A DNA stretch of 64,000 nt from NCBI GenBank assembly GCA_020137815.1, contig CM035359.1, positions 4,774,001 through 4,838,000 on the forward strand. Direction: 5' to 3'. This DNA is from Hormiphora californensis. Its lineage: Eukaryota > Animalia > Ctenophora. The notes beneath the pieces were generated by a model that did not search any database, was not told where the DNA came from, and saw only the letters and a program-made list of their open reading frames with translations. The translations under genes and the position numbers were made by a program. Numbering within the stretch: the stretch's first letter is position 1; each line of letters opens with the position of its first letter. Of this stretch, positions 29,157-45,929 are shown one piece after another.

Positions 29157-31135
29157 TACGCATAATATATGCACGTTTGAAATAAGGTCAAAAAGATCAG
29201 TGATGCGACTTGAAATTTGGAAGTTCTCCCTAACCTCAAAATTTCAAGTCTATCTTATCAAGAACTGGAGAGTGGAGATATGTACGTTTGAAATAAGAGG
29301 AAATAAGAGTGGAGCAAAGTAATATTTGACAGTCATCAGGCTCTTTTTAAGGAAATTTTTAACCCTAAGAAAACGTGATAAGTATGAGGAAACTTTATAC
29401 TTCCCTTGGCCTTCGGCTATCAGTGACTTTTAAGTTTTAAAATTTTAATTATGTTATGTATCAGTATCATATGGCATACATACTAATTTGGCTTGCGCCC
29501 CACGTAGCGTGACGTGCCCAACATACTAATAAAAACTAGCGTAGTCCCATTGCGTAATTTGATTTTTTCAGCTCAGGAAGGTTGCAATCCCCCTTCCGCC
29601 AGGATACATGATAGTCTAGTCGACAATTCAAAAGCATTCAAAAGCATTTCTGTTTAAGAGTCAAATGTAATTGTATTATTATTTGTGAATGCTCTGATCA
29701 CCGCGGTTCTTTGCACACATTCTGCATTCAGTACGTTGTCCTCATTTGAAAGAAATGATAATAGGAGCGTGAGGTCAATGCTCTGACAGGATAGAGCTTT
29801 CCTGGTCCCTGCCGAAGGACTACCACCATCATGTGTAACACACAGCTCCTCCTGGACATAATCATCATAATGATATTGGAAATGCAACATTATGGAAAAC
29901 GGTGAAAAATAAAAACTTTGAAAAGAATTTAGAGAATTTTCTGGCAGAATTGAGCTGTGCAAAAGCTTCAATTGTATGTTTCTGAGAAACTGAAATTATA
30001 TAAATCCGTTTCCAGTAAATCTTTGATCTTTGGGTGTGAGGTGAAGTGACGTATCTCAGGTTCCTATGACATCCCTAGCGAAAAAGCGAAAAATCTTTGA
30101 TCTCAAGAATGACTCCTAGACGTATTTTTGTGCAGGGAAGAAATTAGAAATTAATTTACTGCAGGTTAGGAATAAAATAAAAACGGACGCCCATTCTTGA
30201 GAAGAAGAAAATTGTCCGTTTGAAACGGATTTTGAAGATCTTTGGTGCAACGTGTTATAAATATGGAACAACTTTTAATGGCATTTCCAATGGTCTGCAA
30301 TGCCATGAATAATCGATCACGATAGGGTTTCTTGCTCCCTGCACTGCTTGATGTATAAAGTAATTATCGTGTTTTGAGAAAGCAATACAATAAAAAACAA
30401 GCTCCACCCTTTTGAGTAAGGGGTGGACAACGTTTTATTGGGTTGGGCCAGGCGAGGTGTTACTGACATCGAATAGTTCTTTCATATACAATTTTCCGAT
30501 GATGCCCCGCCCGCGAAATAAATGTAACGGAGGGTTAGAGCATAACAAGAGTATTGAGCAATTTTATCTCTTTTTTTTCTCTTGAAAAGTTTCACTAAAA
30601 TAATAACGTAATTGGTGCTATTATATGTTATTGCCCGGGAACGCATGCCCTGATATCATGGTGTCAATATGTAACTAGTGTCTGGTCCCTGATCGTTATC
30701 CAAAAGGTGGTATTGTATCAACATTTTAGAATTATTGGAGAATTGGAGATGTATCGAGGGTAAAAGAACCTCATTTTTAATGTCCCATAGGCCATATAAA
30801 CTCTATAGTATTAATGGAGTAGATATTATTTGGTTATAATCATTACAATATGGCAATTGGCCGATTGGAAGATAAGACGAAATCATTACATTTTAACTGA
30901 ATTATATTTTACCCTCACTCAATTCACTCGAATAATAAACAAACATTTGCTATTACAATGGAGTCACAATTCATTAAACATAATAATAAAAACACAGGTC
31001 ATAACAAAATTTCTAGTTACTGTCGATACGTCAAGATCATATCTCTCTTTCTCTCTCTCCCTTCTCTCCGGTTTAGGCCAACCCTCAGATGCATTTTTTC
31101 CCAGACGAACAATTATTGTAACCATCTTTGAAGGT

Positions 31136-31504
31136 TTAGAAGGGAAGTTTCTCTCTGAACCCATCCAAGAATCCACCCTCCTGAAAATGTTTCATTTATA
31201 AATTGAGTAAGGGGTGAAAATATAATTCGTGAAATTATTTGTTGAGTTGTTACTCAACAAGAAAATATAAGATTTGTGTATACAATATAGAAAGTAGTAA
31301 AAACTCGGAAGCTTCTAGTTGAATTTTAGCGGAAAACAGCCGTACTGAACTGGACTTCAGTACGACGACTACTTACTGGAAGAAAACTGATTCAGTTATT
31401 TTCAGTAAACAGCCGTATTGTTCTCGAAACTCTAGTGTTATCGCTGTTTTCTCCATCTTACAATTCCTACAATCAAACATCCAAACCTTAGCAGCACGCA
31501 AGCA

Positions 31505-31595
<91 letters not shown>

Positions 31596-31767
31596 TTTCT
31601 CCCTTACTTTCTCAGTATCACTCACTCTCGCGTTTGCAACATTGTTATCAATCACCTGTTAAAACTGGAAAAACTCCAGTACTAACTCCAGTACTAACCT
31701 ACCTTATTTACAGCACATTCTTTCTATCTTTCTCTCGACTCTCACACTCTCTCTCAGCACGCAAGCA

Positions 31768-31862
<95 letters not shown>

Positions 31863-33367
31863 TCTTTCTCTTTGCAACATTGTTATCAATCACCTGTTAA
31901 AACTGGAAGAACTCCAGTAAGTACCCCGAGTACTCCAGTACACCAGATCTCTCAGTTCTCAAATTTGAGAACTGGTCAAGCGCGCGATGATTTCGAGTTC
32001 AGTCCAGTAAATAGCCGTACTGGTGCGCGAACTCCAGTATTTTTCTCAGTAAGTAGCCGTCGAACTGGAGTTTAGTTCAGTACGGCTGTTTTCCGCTTAT
32101 ACCAGGCTTCATCGGCTAACAAAGAGATTTTTCAAAATCTAGGAAAAATGCTTCAATATTTCATATCCAGCTAAATGCTTCAATGTTTCATATCCAGCTA
32201 AATGCTCCAATGTTTCCTGATGCTCAATGTTTCCCTATGCTAAATGTTTCCCGATGCTAAATGAAACTGATTGTGAGTATTCACCTCATGATGAGGGCTA
32301 CCACCACTCCTTGCGGGTGAGGGCGTCTTCATTTTCGGACTTCCACCTCCACCGAGACTCGGCTGTTTATTAATTATTGATTTAATAAATTAAATAATTA
32401 ATTACAATGACTTCGACTTTTGATTAATGTAATTATAGAAGATGAAATTTTTTTAGCCTTTACTTTATCGAGTCTGGGTGAGAGAGTGGAAGTCCGAAGC
32501 ATGTTTGAGTAATTGGTGATTAGTTTCAGCGAATATAGAGATCAGTTGCAAGAGTGCTATGCGGTTTGTTCCAAGCTCTCACTCAGACCCCATTAGTAAG
32601 TTCATCGGTTATCTTATAATTTTACTATTATGATTTTCATGTTTCAACTCACCATTTCCGTTGGCATCTAAAACACAATTGTTTAAATTAGAAAATATGT
32701 AGTTTATTAATGTGATCTGAGCGAGGCTTTGAACAAAGATTGTTTGAAACAAATTGAATGGCTTCTTGTACTGCAGAGAACTGTCTCTTTGAGGCCAATG
32801 CTCTGACCGCGGTTCTCGAATGTATGGTCAGGCCAATTCTCTGACAGACAGAGAATCAGGAACCGACCGAATCAGGAAATACTGGTCCCTGATTGGCTGA
32901 TAGCCAGTCACGTGACCTAAATAACGAGTTCTGATTGGTTGTTTACTTGTTTCGGTCGGTTCCTGCAGAGAATGGCTTTTTGAGAAATATGTTTTGCTTT
33001 CAAGTTACCTCAATCTCTATTTCCACCGGATCCTTGGGGAAACAGCAGGGACAGCACGCTTTAATCTTCAACAAACATTTCTAAAGATCATGTGGTTAAT
33101 TGGTTGTTTGGCGGCGCCAGACCCCAATTTAATTCTCAGATGGGGTCGCGGCGCTAGACAAGCTTCATAAATTAGACAAACAGAAATGTATGTAGGGCTA
33201 GATGTATGTATACTATCTGGTGGTGCCAGACCACCTTTTAATTTGCAATCAGACACTTGCCGCCAGACAGTACTCACGAGCAGAATAATACTAACAAATA
33301 ACTAAACAGCTCTTACCATGTACCAGGGGACCATATCCGCAAGGTCGTCCATATCAAAGTTATCCAT
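31136..33367 (-). CDS. Putative 3-exon microprotein gene (57 aa)
   Basis: Phase-0 exons 33317-33367 (ATG...|GTAAGA), 32285-32362 (CAG|...|GTGAAT) and 31136-31180 (TTTTCAG|...TAA) give MDNFDMDDLADMVPWYMPSLGGGGSPKMKTPSPARSGGSPHHEEGGFLDGFREKLPF. Confidence 0.45.
31329..32096. mobile_element. PIF/Harbinger-type MITE carrying an internally duplicated (CT)n block
   Basis: TIRs GCGGAAAACAGCCGTACTGAACT and AGTTCAGTACGGCTGTTTTCCGC, TTA TSD. Confidence 0.8.
32857..32965. mobile_element. hAT-type MITE (109 bp)
   Basis: TIRs CAGGAACCGACCGAA and TTCGGTCGGTTCCTG; exact 8-bp TSD CAGAGAAT. Confidence 0.9.
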
Positions 33368-35987
33368 GGTCGTGTGTGATAAAATCTAACTTTTTAGAAA
33401 AAGTTTTTTTTAAAGGAACGTTTTCTACACAAATATGAATACTAAAAAAATAAAATGAATAATTAAACAACTCTCTCTATTGAATCAAGATATCCATTAC
33501 AAGAGTCCACAATATATATTCGCAGGCAACGGTCAAAATATGGAGCAGGCTGCAGTAGGGGTATGTTTTTTGAGTTCAATCAACAATGAATGCAATCATT
33601 GAGGAACAAGACTTTTCCACGGTCTTTGGAGTCAATTAAAACCAGTTGAATTGAACGAGAAATCCGGGCGTACTACGACGGGTCAGATAAGAAGTGAGCT
33701 TACTGAGTCACTATGTTTACAGATAGATAGACCTCGCTTAGATAGAGAGAGAGAGACAGGCACGGACGGTCGGTGTGAATTGTGTAAACTCACCATAATG
33801 TTCTCATCTCTCTATTTCTGTATTTCTTTCTAAGTATCTTTCCCTCTCTCACTGATATCTACATCTTTCTCCCTAGATATCAATCTATCCTAGTCTTCGT
33901 ATATAAAACACCGAATTGAAACTATCTTTGGCTTACACGTTTGAGTCCCATGGCTAGGCTGTCAGGCCAATGCTCTGACCGCTGTTTTCACGCAGAAAGA
34001 AATGAGAATAGGGCCATGGTAATGAAATTACCCCTCCACGTTATAATAGCTCATGGATTATTATATGCAATATGATAACAGAGTCCAGACCTGAGGCCAA
34101 TGGATTTGTTAGTAAAATGTATATTATATCAGGAAGCTGATAATGGGCTCGTTATACGGGCCCTACTATTATAGTCCCTGGAAAATGACTAAGGCGGTTC
34201 AAGCTGTGTCCGTCGCGCAATTTTTCCTGCTATTTTTGCAAATTTTGTCCGCCTAATGTGTCCCAACATCTAAAACCAACCCAGCCGCACACAGTGGAAG
34301 AATGGGATCACTTGTAACTCGCGTTTCCTGTTTACTATGCTCCTGAAACTACCGGTAACGCCCATAACGAACCGCCTTTGATATGACGCAATGGGTTGTT
34401 TTGTTCAAACCCTTCATTTATATGGTCAATAAAAGCAATCAATGTGCTCAATGGACTTTCCCATTTGATATTAATTGTTAAGTTAAAGTGGTAATTATCC
34501 TCTGGTTAAGACTATTACATTTTCCAAATGTATTTTGAAAGCCTAAAGGCTGAAAAAGTAAAACAGCAGCATATATAGATAATGATTGTCAAAGTCAAAT
34601 AGGTATTTTTCGAGGGGAGAGCACTCCCGTAACTAATCCTTGTTACTAAGAAATCCCAGCTTGAAGCAAAACGCTCCGAATAATGTGCTAAAATTTAGTT
34701 CTCGCAAACGTAGCCTTCCGCAGAGAACATTTTTGAATATATTCTGGCCCTACCTTCAGCTGCCTCTTTTATAGAAATGTCATACAGTATAACACATATA
34801 ATATGCTTGTACAGTAGAAAAATAATTACCCTTTGGTAGACAAAAACAAGAAAAGTAAAAGAGGAAAAGCTGTTAAAATATATTGGATAAATTGATTGGG
34901 CTATCACCTTTAATAGTACCAATTTAATAGTACACTCTTTAATAGTACACTCTTTAAAAACCAAACACCCATAAAGAGGTTTCCAATGTTTTGGAATAGT
35001 TCGTTAAAATATTTTTATGTACTTCTAAATGTTTTTTAAGGTTCACTCTGTTTACTAATCTCACCAATTATTTGGATACACTCTGCAGGAATTGTCATGG
35101 TTTGGTCTTCTTAGTAACCCCCTTACACGGCCGCTTGTAGTGGGAATACGGTAATGGAAAACGGAGACACTGTATGAAGGCGCGCAACCGTGGCCAATCG
35201 GCGCATTAGTACGTGCTGACAAAAAGTACTTTTAACAGATTGTTGACAAAAGCCCTTGCGTGTTACGCAAATTTTGACTGCAAGCAGCACTGTAAGTACT
35301 CATCAACTTGTAACCCTTTACCCAACAAATCAACTTAGTTTAGTAAAACTTGCCCTTTACTAAGTAATTGGGATTTAGCTTCTCCAATCCCGGAATAACA
35401 TTTACTCTAGTATCATACTACTTACTAAGCAAATTGTGTAACGGAGGTCACCTAGCAACTACACTTGCACGTGCAATTATTAGAGGGACCTGGAGACCTC
35501 TCTCTCCCGGTTGCAGTTGAGTACCAGGGGGAAATTCAATTCTGCACGTGCATTCTTTTACTTCTGTCCTGATGTCTAGCTCTTCCACCCCAAGCGCTAT
35601 TCGGCAACGTTTATCTAGGTCAAGGAGAACTGCTGCTGTCAGGGAGCAGACTAGAGAATATAATGACAGATTACGCGAACGTGTTCAAGCGAGCCAATCA
35701 ACGATTACGGATAGCTTTACCCAACGTCGCCCAAGGGTGATTACTCCAGTCAAATATAGAAATCTCCGAATCGGCTACATAGCGGCCAAGTTTTCATGTG
35801 ATGAGTTTCTGGAACAGCAATGCACCTCCATGACATTGATCTCTTAAATTCGCTCCTTGACATTGTCAGGAAGCCCAGAGAGTACAACAACATGGGTAGG
35901 GAGAAAGTGAGAGATAGGCTAGGAACGGATGGTGCATGCAATGTGATGTCAGCGTTCCCTTATCCAGCTACCATTTTCCCGAAATTA

Positions 35988-36013
35988 GCCCGTAGGGCGA
36001 ACGGGCCTACTAG
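35988..36013 (+). mobile_element. Helitron-like 3' terminus
   Basis: GC-rich hairpin GCCCGT-AGGGCGA-ACGGGC followed by CTAG and then T. The 5' end was not located. Confidence 0.45.
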
Positions 36014-36074
36014 TTATATATACACAAATTTAAGAGTATAATATTCATTATAACCTATCAACCCTTCACCCAAT

Positions 36075-39033
<2,959 letters not shown>

Positions 39034-39519
39034 GTTTCTAAAATGGAGACGAGTTATATATTATATAGCGACTGAGTGAGAAATGTTCAACGCACAAATT
39101 GAGGTAAATAGACAATTATTGTCAAATGAGTTCATTTAATACAATTATTTCGCACCCCATAATCTCACATAATTATGGAGAAAAAAAACGTGGTTCAACG
39201 ATATCAGATAGGATATATATGTTCTCAAGTGAGCAACTAGGGCCTTGGAATGTATCAACTGGCCATAGAATTGTGTGCTTTCGCATCTAAGAAATTCTCT
39301 CTCTTGCCTTCTCTCTCTCTATATATATATCTATCTCTCGCCCTTTCTCGCCCTCATTAGACGGGCGTCTTGGAGCCTTATATGCATATTTTGCGTATAT
39401 ATAATTGTTCCCCTTCTTCATGTGCTATGTTAAAGTGGAACTTATTCTATAACAACCCCAGAATTCCTCTGACACTCCATCTTCTTTTTTACTGGGATAT
39501 AAAGGTGAAAGAAGTAGTA

Positions 39520-39685
39520 CAGTCGGACCCCGATTTAGTGGCATCCTCGGGGGGAAAAATCCTGCCACTAAATCGGGGTGCCACTAAATCGGGGTCAAAT
39601 AATGTTAATTTCCTATATCGGGGGAAATCCTGCCGCTAAATCGGGGTGCCACTAAATCGGGGGCCCCTAAATCGGGGTCCGACTG
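39520..39685. mobile_element. MITE, family A
   Basis: TA|CAGTCGGACCCCGATTTAG ... CTAAATCGGGGTCCGACTG|TA. Confidence 0.85.
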
Positions 39686-40737
39686 TATTCAATAGTTGTA
39701 TTCGATATGGTACCCGGCTTAGTTTCCCAGTTTACAGATACTGTTCGTAGTTAGATAATAGAAGCGAATATAATACTGGCGCCTTATATGAGCAAAGCAC
39801 GGGGGATGTTAAGTTACAGGTCGGTGAACGCGAGTCACTCCTAAAATTAGGGTTATCCTAACGCTGGAAGCTATACGAAAAGTATCGACAGTATAGTGGA
39901 CAGCGGATCTAAATTGAACAGCAGCTTCGAGTATCTTCAAGCGATTGAAGTACCAAAGAGGTAATTTCCCAGATTTCACGAAACGCAGTGTGTCAATTGT
40001 CAAATGTCAATTGTGGCCAGGAAATATGTTAATGAATCAGCAAATATGAGTATTGGTCGGGTCATATCGCGACTCGCGTCATAGGTATTATATGCAACTA
40101 TGGCGTTATAACCCCTCCCAGATTACACGTCATTGCATGACAGTGGAACTTACTAAATAAACATCTTACGAACAAAAAGAAGTTTCTTTCTCTCTGATTT
40201 CCCTCAGTAATTGGGATCAAAGCTTGCTTGGATAATGTCCCTTCAGCACTTTTCAACATTACATTATATGCAATATGCAAATATATTTAGGGGTTGTGAG
40301 CTGATACCAACTAAGACTCAGCATAGAACAAGAATAATTGCGGTATAATGCCATACCGCCTGATTTCCCCGCCAACCATGTGATCTGGCATGTGCCAGTT
40401 GCCACACCTGCTTCTAATCGGGCACTGATACGTGAGCCGGTATAGGTGATGGTTGCCTGAGCTATGTGATATCCTAGTAATAATGATAAGTCGCAGTTCC
40501 GATCACAAATGCAGAACAATGTTCATTGCACAATGACATAGGGCGCGATGACAAATCTATGAACAATTGTAATTGCAAGTGCAACATAAAGGCGCCGCGC
40601 ACATGCGCGCGAACTTCCTGTATTGCTCAGTCAGTAAGTGACAGCATTCCGCACTGGATAGTTGCCAACAGCAACTCAGGAGGTTACGTTACAGGATTTA
40701 AGCGTGACACTTCACTAGTATGTAAAATAAAATTGTC

Positions 40738-40812
40738 GAATTCTAAACCCCTATGCCTTTTTACAAAAGGCATCCGGGTGAATGCCTTCGGCATTCACCG
40801 GGCGGGGAAAAA
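40738..40812. repeat. Twin-hairpin dispersed repeat (inverted copy at 14038-14110)
   Basis: ATGCCTTTTTACAAAAGGCAT and CCGGGTGAATGCCTTCGGCATTCACCGG hairpins; reverse complement of the copy at 14.0 kb. Confidence 0.75.
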
Positions 40813-41402
40813 ATTTTTATTTTCCTACAGTCATAACGCAACTAAAACGTAGAGCTAAGGGAAAACGCATGGTATCAAAATGAACCTTAGACGATTCCAA
40901 TCAAGCTCCTATAAATTTCAAATCATTTGACCCATTTGTTAATGACACGTGATCCCCTCAAAAATGTTGGTTGAATTTCGTCTTTAGACAGTCATAAGAC
41001 ACCTTAAACATTAAGCTAGGACAAAAACTCGGGTACCAAAATGACAGCCAGACAATTTCCTACGACTCACAATGTGATCCGAGCAACTTTGCATTTGTGC
41101 ATTTTTCAAAACGTGAACCCCGGTCGGATTTCATGAACATGTATTTTTAACTTTAAGACGATATATCAGACGATTGGCATACGACTTGGAACGTCAATCT
41201 TGCAACCAAAATGTTCGCCTGAAAATTCTCTAAAATACTGTTTTTTTTAACGAGTCGTGCACCGAATCGACGCTCGATGCATTCAAGGAAACAGTTTTTA
41301 AAGATATTACAGAATCTACGTGATAATCATTTATCAGATGCATACGATGTGCAGGAACACATACATCGAATAATAGCTCAATATATCTATTAGTTTCACA
41401 AT

Positions 41403-41526
<124 letters not shown>

Positions 41527-41652
41527 ATCAAGCAACACTACTACCGATCTGCACACAGGAAAATTAAAAGCTTGTGTGTAGCACGGTAGACAGTATTCGA
41601 CAAATAGGCCAAATAGTGATACTACTCTGATGAGTACTTCTCAGCAAATAGG

Positions 41653-41739
<87 letters not shown>

Positions 41740-44597
41740 GGAGAGAGGGAGAGAGGGAGAGTGAGAGAAAAGCAAAACAGCCACTAAACAGCAATCAAGG
41801 CTCTAAAGGTTACCTACTCAGTCTTGTTTCCCTACTCCACTTCTTTACCACAAGATTACTAAGGTCAATTAGGCTCGAGCAGCTTCCAAGTTGTCGCTAA
41901 ACCAAAACTACCCATCTTAAATGTAAAATAATACCACATCTGGTGTACAACAGCTGTCTAATTCCAACATCCCTCGCTTTAAAGAGTTTTGAGTGAATCT
42001 CAGTGTTGAAAACTCACATAAGTAATGATCTTATAGGTGGCTACAAAAAGGCTACACAGTAAAAACATGATCCTTAGCTCAAACGAAAAGATTCGGAGAG
42101 GGATGAGAGTCGGTGTGAGCATTAGGTCCTCTATATAAACAAAGCATAGATGAAGAGATAGATTGGGAGACAGAGAGAGGGAGACAGAGAGAGGGAGACA
42201 GATACAGAGACAGAGACAGAGACAGAGACAGAGACAGAGACAGAGACAGAGACAGAGACAGAGACAGAGACAGAGACAGAGACAGAAGGGGAGGTTGAAC
42301 AAGAGAGAAAATGAATAAAAAACTCAGAGAAGGGATTGAAAGAGGGTAAAAGAAGAACTGGAATTTAGCCAGAGATTTCGGTATGTTTACAGAAATGTGG
42401 AACAACAAAAGAGAAGTCTACGAACAGTAGAAATGACCATTCTTTGTCCGATTTCCTCTATGCAGTCGTTATTATGTGTTTCCATGCCCCTTTTCTGTGT
42501 AATAATAAGGCCTCGTAGCCGCATTATATTAGTCCCCACTCTTAACTCTTTTGACGTTTTACGGTTCTCTTGGCCCTAATTATGTCGCTAATTTCAACCC
42601 CTTTCTTGTTCCGTAACATTGTTTTAAAACTAAATGGACCAGCATCTCCCAACTGCTCAGATAGACCCATTCATTGCAAACATTATCTTTCAGACATTGT
42701 CTCCGCTCTCAGAATTCCATTTCTTAGTCAATAAAACTCTACATCTACCGAGCTTCGATAAACCATATATAAGGCTAACATATAAGATATATATTCAAGA
42801 TATATTGGCAAGCGTCCAATAGAATTAACAAAAGAAATGGCAGAATTCCTGAGAGGGTATGATAGAAAACATTCCTTGCCGGTTGGTATTGAAGCCTTAG
42901 AGATTGTTCGACGCCTTCGGCCTTGCGTTCATCATAGGTGAAAAGACTATGGGGTACGTAATAAACAGCTGCATCTGGTCGAACAAATATTTGTTATCAG
43001 GGGAAAAGTATCAAGAAAAAACAATTTCCTACAATTTAAAAACTAGAAGGAACTAGAAGGACTTCTCAAGAGATATTAGGTCATTCGGTAAATATCTGGA
43101 CAGGTATGTTTGTGAGAGAACGGAGCTAGATAGAGCCAAGCGACCTGTTCCAGCGTCTTCCTTGGACATTTTTAGGTTGGACTAGGATGGTGGGAACCTT
43201 CGCCTGCTGGCAGTATTGCCTCACGAGCAATATGTTTCAATGCTACTCTAGCTGCCGCTTTATGCTAACTTTTAACTCAATTTCGGACCAATATGACCGT
43301 ACTTCCGGATAATTCGGAAAGTTTTTAACCCTATATATTGCTTATTAAATGCCTTGAGATACTCCATAAACCTTCCTGAAATTTTTGGATAAAATTTCTA
43401 GCATGGGGAAGCGATTTTCGCTAGATTTGGTAAAGCTGGATTTTAAATTTTTTTACAAATGTTGAAAAAAGCCGCCATGAGCCAGGTATCCATTGACCGA
43501 TCGTAATAAAACTAACATAGGACCTAGAAAATTGTATAAGCTAACATTTAACGTTGGATTCAAGTCATTTAGACGTTTAGAACGTACAAAAACGGCCATG
43601 AAGTGTGCAAAGCGCAATTTTGGCAAAAATCAAATTTTTAAGGATGAAGATGGAATCTAAACGCTTCAATTATGGTTGCCATCATATTCAGGCTTAAAAA
43701 GTGATCTAGGAACACTGGTCAAACCGATCATCTGTCCCCAATAGAGAAAATGCCATGACATATTCAATCATCCGTAGTCCACATTTTTTCTTGCTAAGCG
43801 GCGCTAGGTACATTAAACCATTGGTGGGGCAATACGGCCCAGGCGAAGGTTCCCACCATCCAGTCCAACCTAAAAATGCCAAAAGGAAACGTGGCCAAAG
43901 GTCGTTGGTTATTGGTTCCTTTTTCTCTCCAATATCCGTCCAGAATTTACCGAAGACCAATACTATGTAGAAAAACCAAATTTTTTTCGTCAAAAGATGC
44001 AAAAGCCACTGGTAACACAATTAAAAACAACTCGTTTATTTTTTGGGAAAATTTATCGAAATTAAAAAAATAACATTGCCCACAGGCACAAAAAAAAATC
44101 GGCACACCCTTTTTCTCGGGGTTACAACTGTAAATACACACTCTATGGGGGAAACTATCATCACAGGAATTTTGGAAATTTTAAACCTAAAAACCGGAAT
44201 AAAAAATAAATGATAAAATGTTCATAAAACACGGGGACCGGGTGTGCCCCTCTGGGGTTAAAACCCTTTTTTGTTTAACATGGTTGAGCCAATGGCATCA
44301 TTATGATTGAATGAACGTTTGAATGAACGATTTGATGAAAAACAGCTTTGAGATGATTTTTGCGTTCGACATTAACACTCATGAGGTTCTACCCTACAAA
44401 AGATGATAAAGTTCTACCTCGTTAACAAAATTACTAAAGCGTTTATCTATAAACGATCTTTAAACGATCGTTAACGCGTTGATCAATCGATTAGTCACTG
44501 TTTAAATATACGACGCGGATTACGGGGCCCCGAAAAAAATGCCCTGATAGATCGCCTGAATAGATAGTGGTGAAAGTGTGTTGAAACGTAATGCACA

Positions 44598-44665
44598 GAT
44601 CAATCTATTCGGGCGATCTATTCGGGCGATCTATTCGGGCGATCTATTCGGGCGATCTATTCGAG
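44598..44665. repeat. 13-bp tandem repeat inside a small inverted-repeat element (about 44515-44681)
   Basis: GATCTATTCGGGC repeated about 4 times, bounded by ACGCGGATTA and TAATCCGCGT. Confidence 0.7.
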
Positions 44666-45500
44666 CCCCTTTAATCCGCGTGAAAAGTTTCAATTTGCAT
44701 TTTAGAATAAAGCCAACTAACCAAAAATACCCCCATTTTGCCCCAAAATAAAAATTTCGAAAAAAGGGATAATGGGGGGGGGAAAAAACATAATTTCCAA
44801 AAATTCGAACTCTTTACTTTGATTCTCTCTCCCTCTTCTCTCTCCCTTCCCTCTTAAACCCTTTCTCTAATCCTCCTCCGTCCCAAAAATCTCCCCTTTA
44901 ATAATTTTTTTGTATTTCTTGGGCCCCTATAAAACTGGGTGAATTTAAAGGACATTTTGGGGGTAAAAATCCCGGTAATTCTTTGGGGTTCGCACTCAAA
45001 GTGAAAAAAAATTTTTATTAAGTAGCCTGGGCGGGACCCCCCCCCCGTCGCATCGAATGGGGCCGGGTTTTGGCGCCCATAAACCCCACCCTTAATTTAA
45101 TCAAATAAAATTCCCCCTTTTTAAAACAGTAACTATTTCATCATTTTTAAACTAAAGGGGAAAATTCTTAAAACAAAAAGGAAACCATCATATTATATTC
45201 CATTTCTTGAGATGTGGAATGGGGGGCATAAAATGGGGCCACCAGACAATATAAAAAAGGGGGCAAAAAAAATTTCCCATTTTCCAATATTCCCCCATTG
45301 CCAAGGGGGGAATATAAAAAAGGCCTTATAAGTGAGGGGTTAAATAAAAAAGATAAAAACCAGAAATAAAAAGGGTAAAAAAGGGGGGGGGGGCCCAACC
45401 AATATAAAAAGTTCCCAAAATCCATAAAAAATTCAAGGGGTAAAAAAGAAACCTTAATAAAGAAATAAAAAACAAAAAAGATCCTTATTTTTGCCCCTTT

Positions 45501-45531
<31 letters not shown>

Positions 45532-45929
45532 TGGGGGTTAATAAATAAATAAAGGGGAAAGGACAGATAAAAATAGTTTGGGGGAAATAAGGGGGGACAT
45601 TCACGTGAAACCAGGGGAAAAGACCGTGTTACTACACAACCCTATAAAAGGAAAGTAAGTGGCAACTTGCCAGGGATATTAAGAGGTATTTGGGGGTCCA
45701 AGGATTATAAAGTACCTAATTAAAGGATAGTAAACCCCCTTCGCCCCCACGGGCGATTTCGGGGAAATGGTATTGGTGCTGGAATGGGGGAAAACTACTC
45801 ATCAGTCTAACTAATGACATGCACTTCCCATCTTTGTAAAAAGGGACCTTTAAAAGGGGTCAGGCGGGATCTGCGAGTTTCTGGTTTCAACGTCCCCAAA
45901 GATGATCCGGCGATCAAATTTTTATAAAA

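Noticed and set aside
35548-36041. Two plus-strand ORFs as a possible transposase remnant
   Set aside because: No catalytic or Rep/helicase motifs recognised.
42837-43110. Cluster of small exon-like segments on the plus strand
   Set aside because: Could not be joined in a consistent open frame.
43325-44261. Possible piggyBac-like element (TTAACCC...GGGTTAA)
   Set aside because: The ends match only over CCC/GGG and the region is error-prone.
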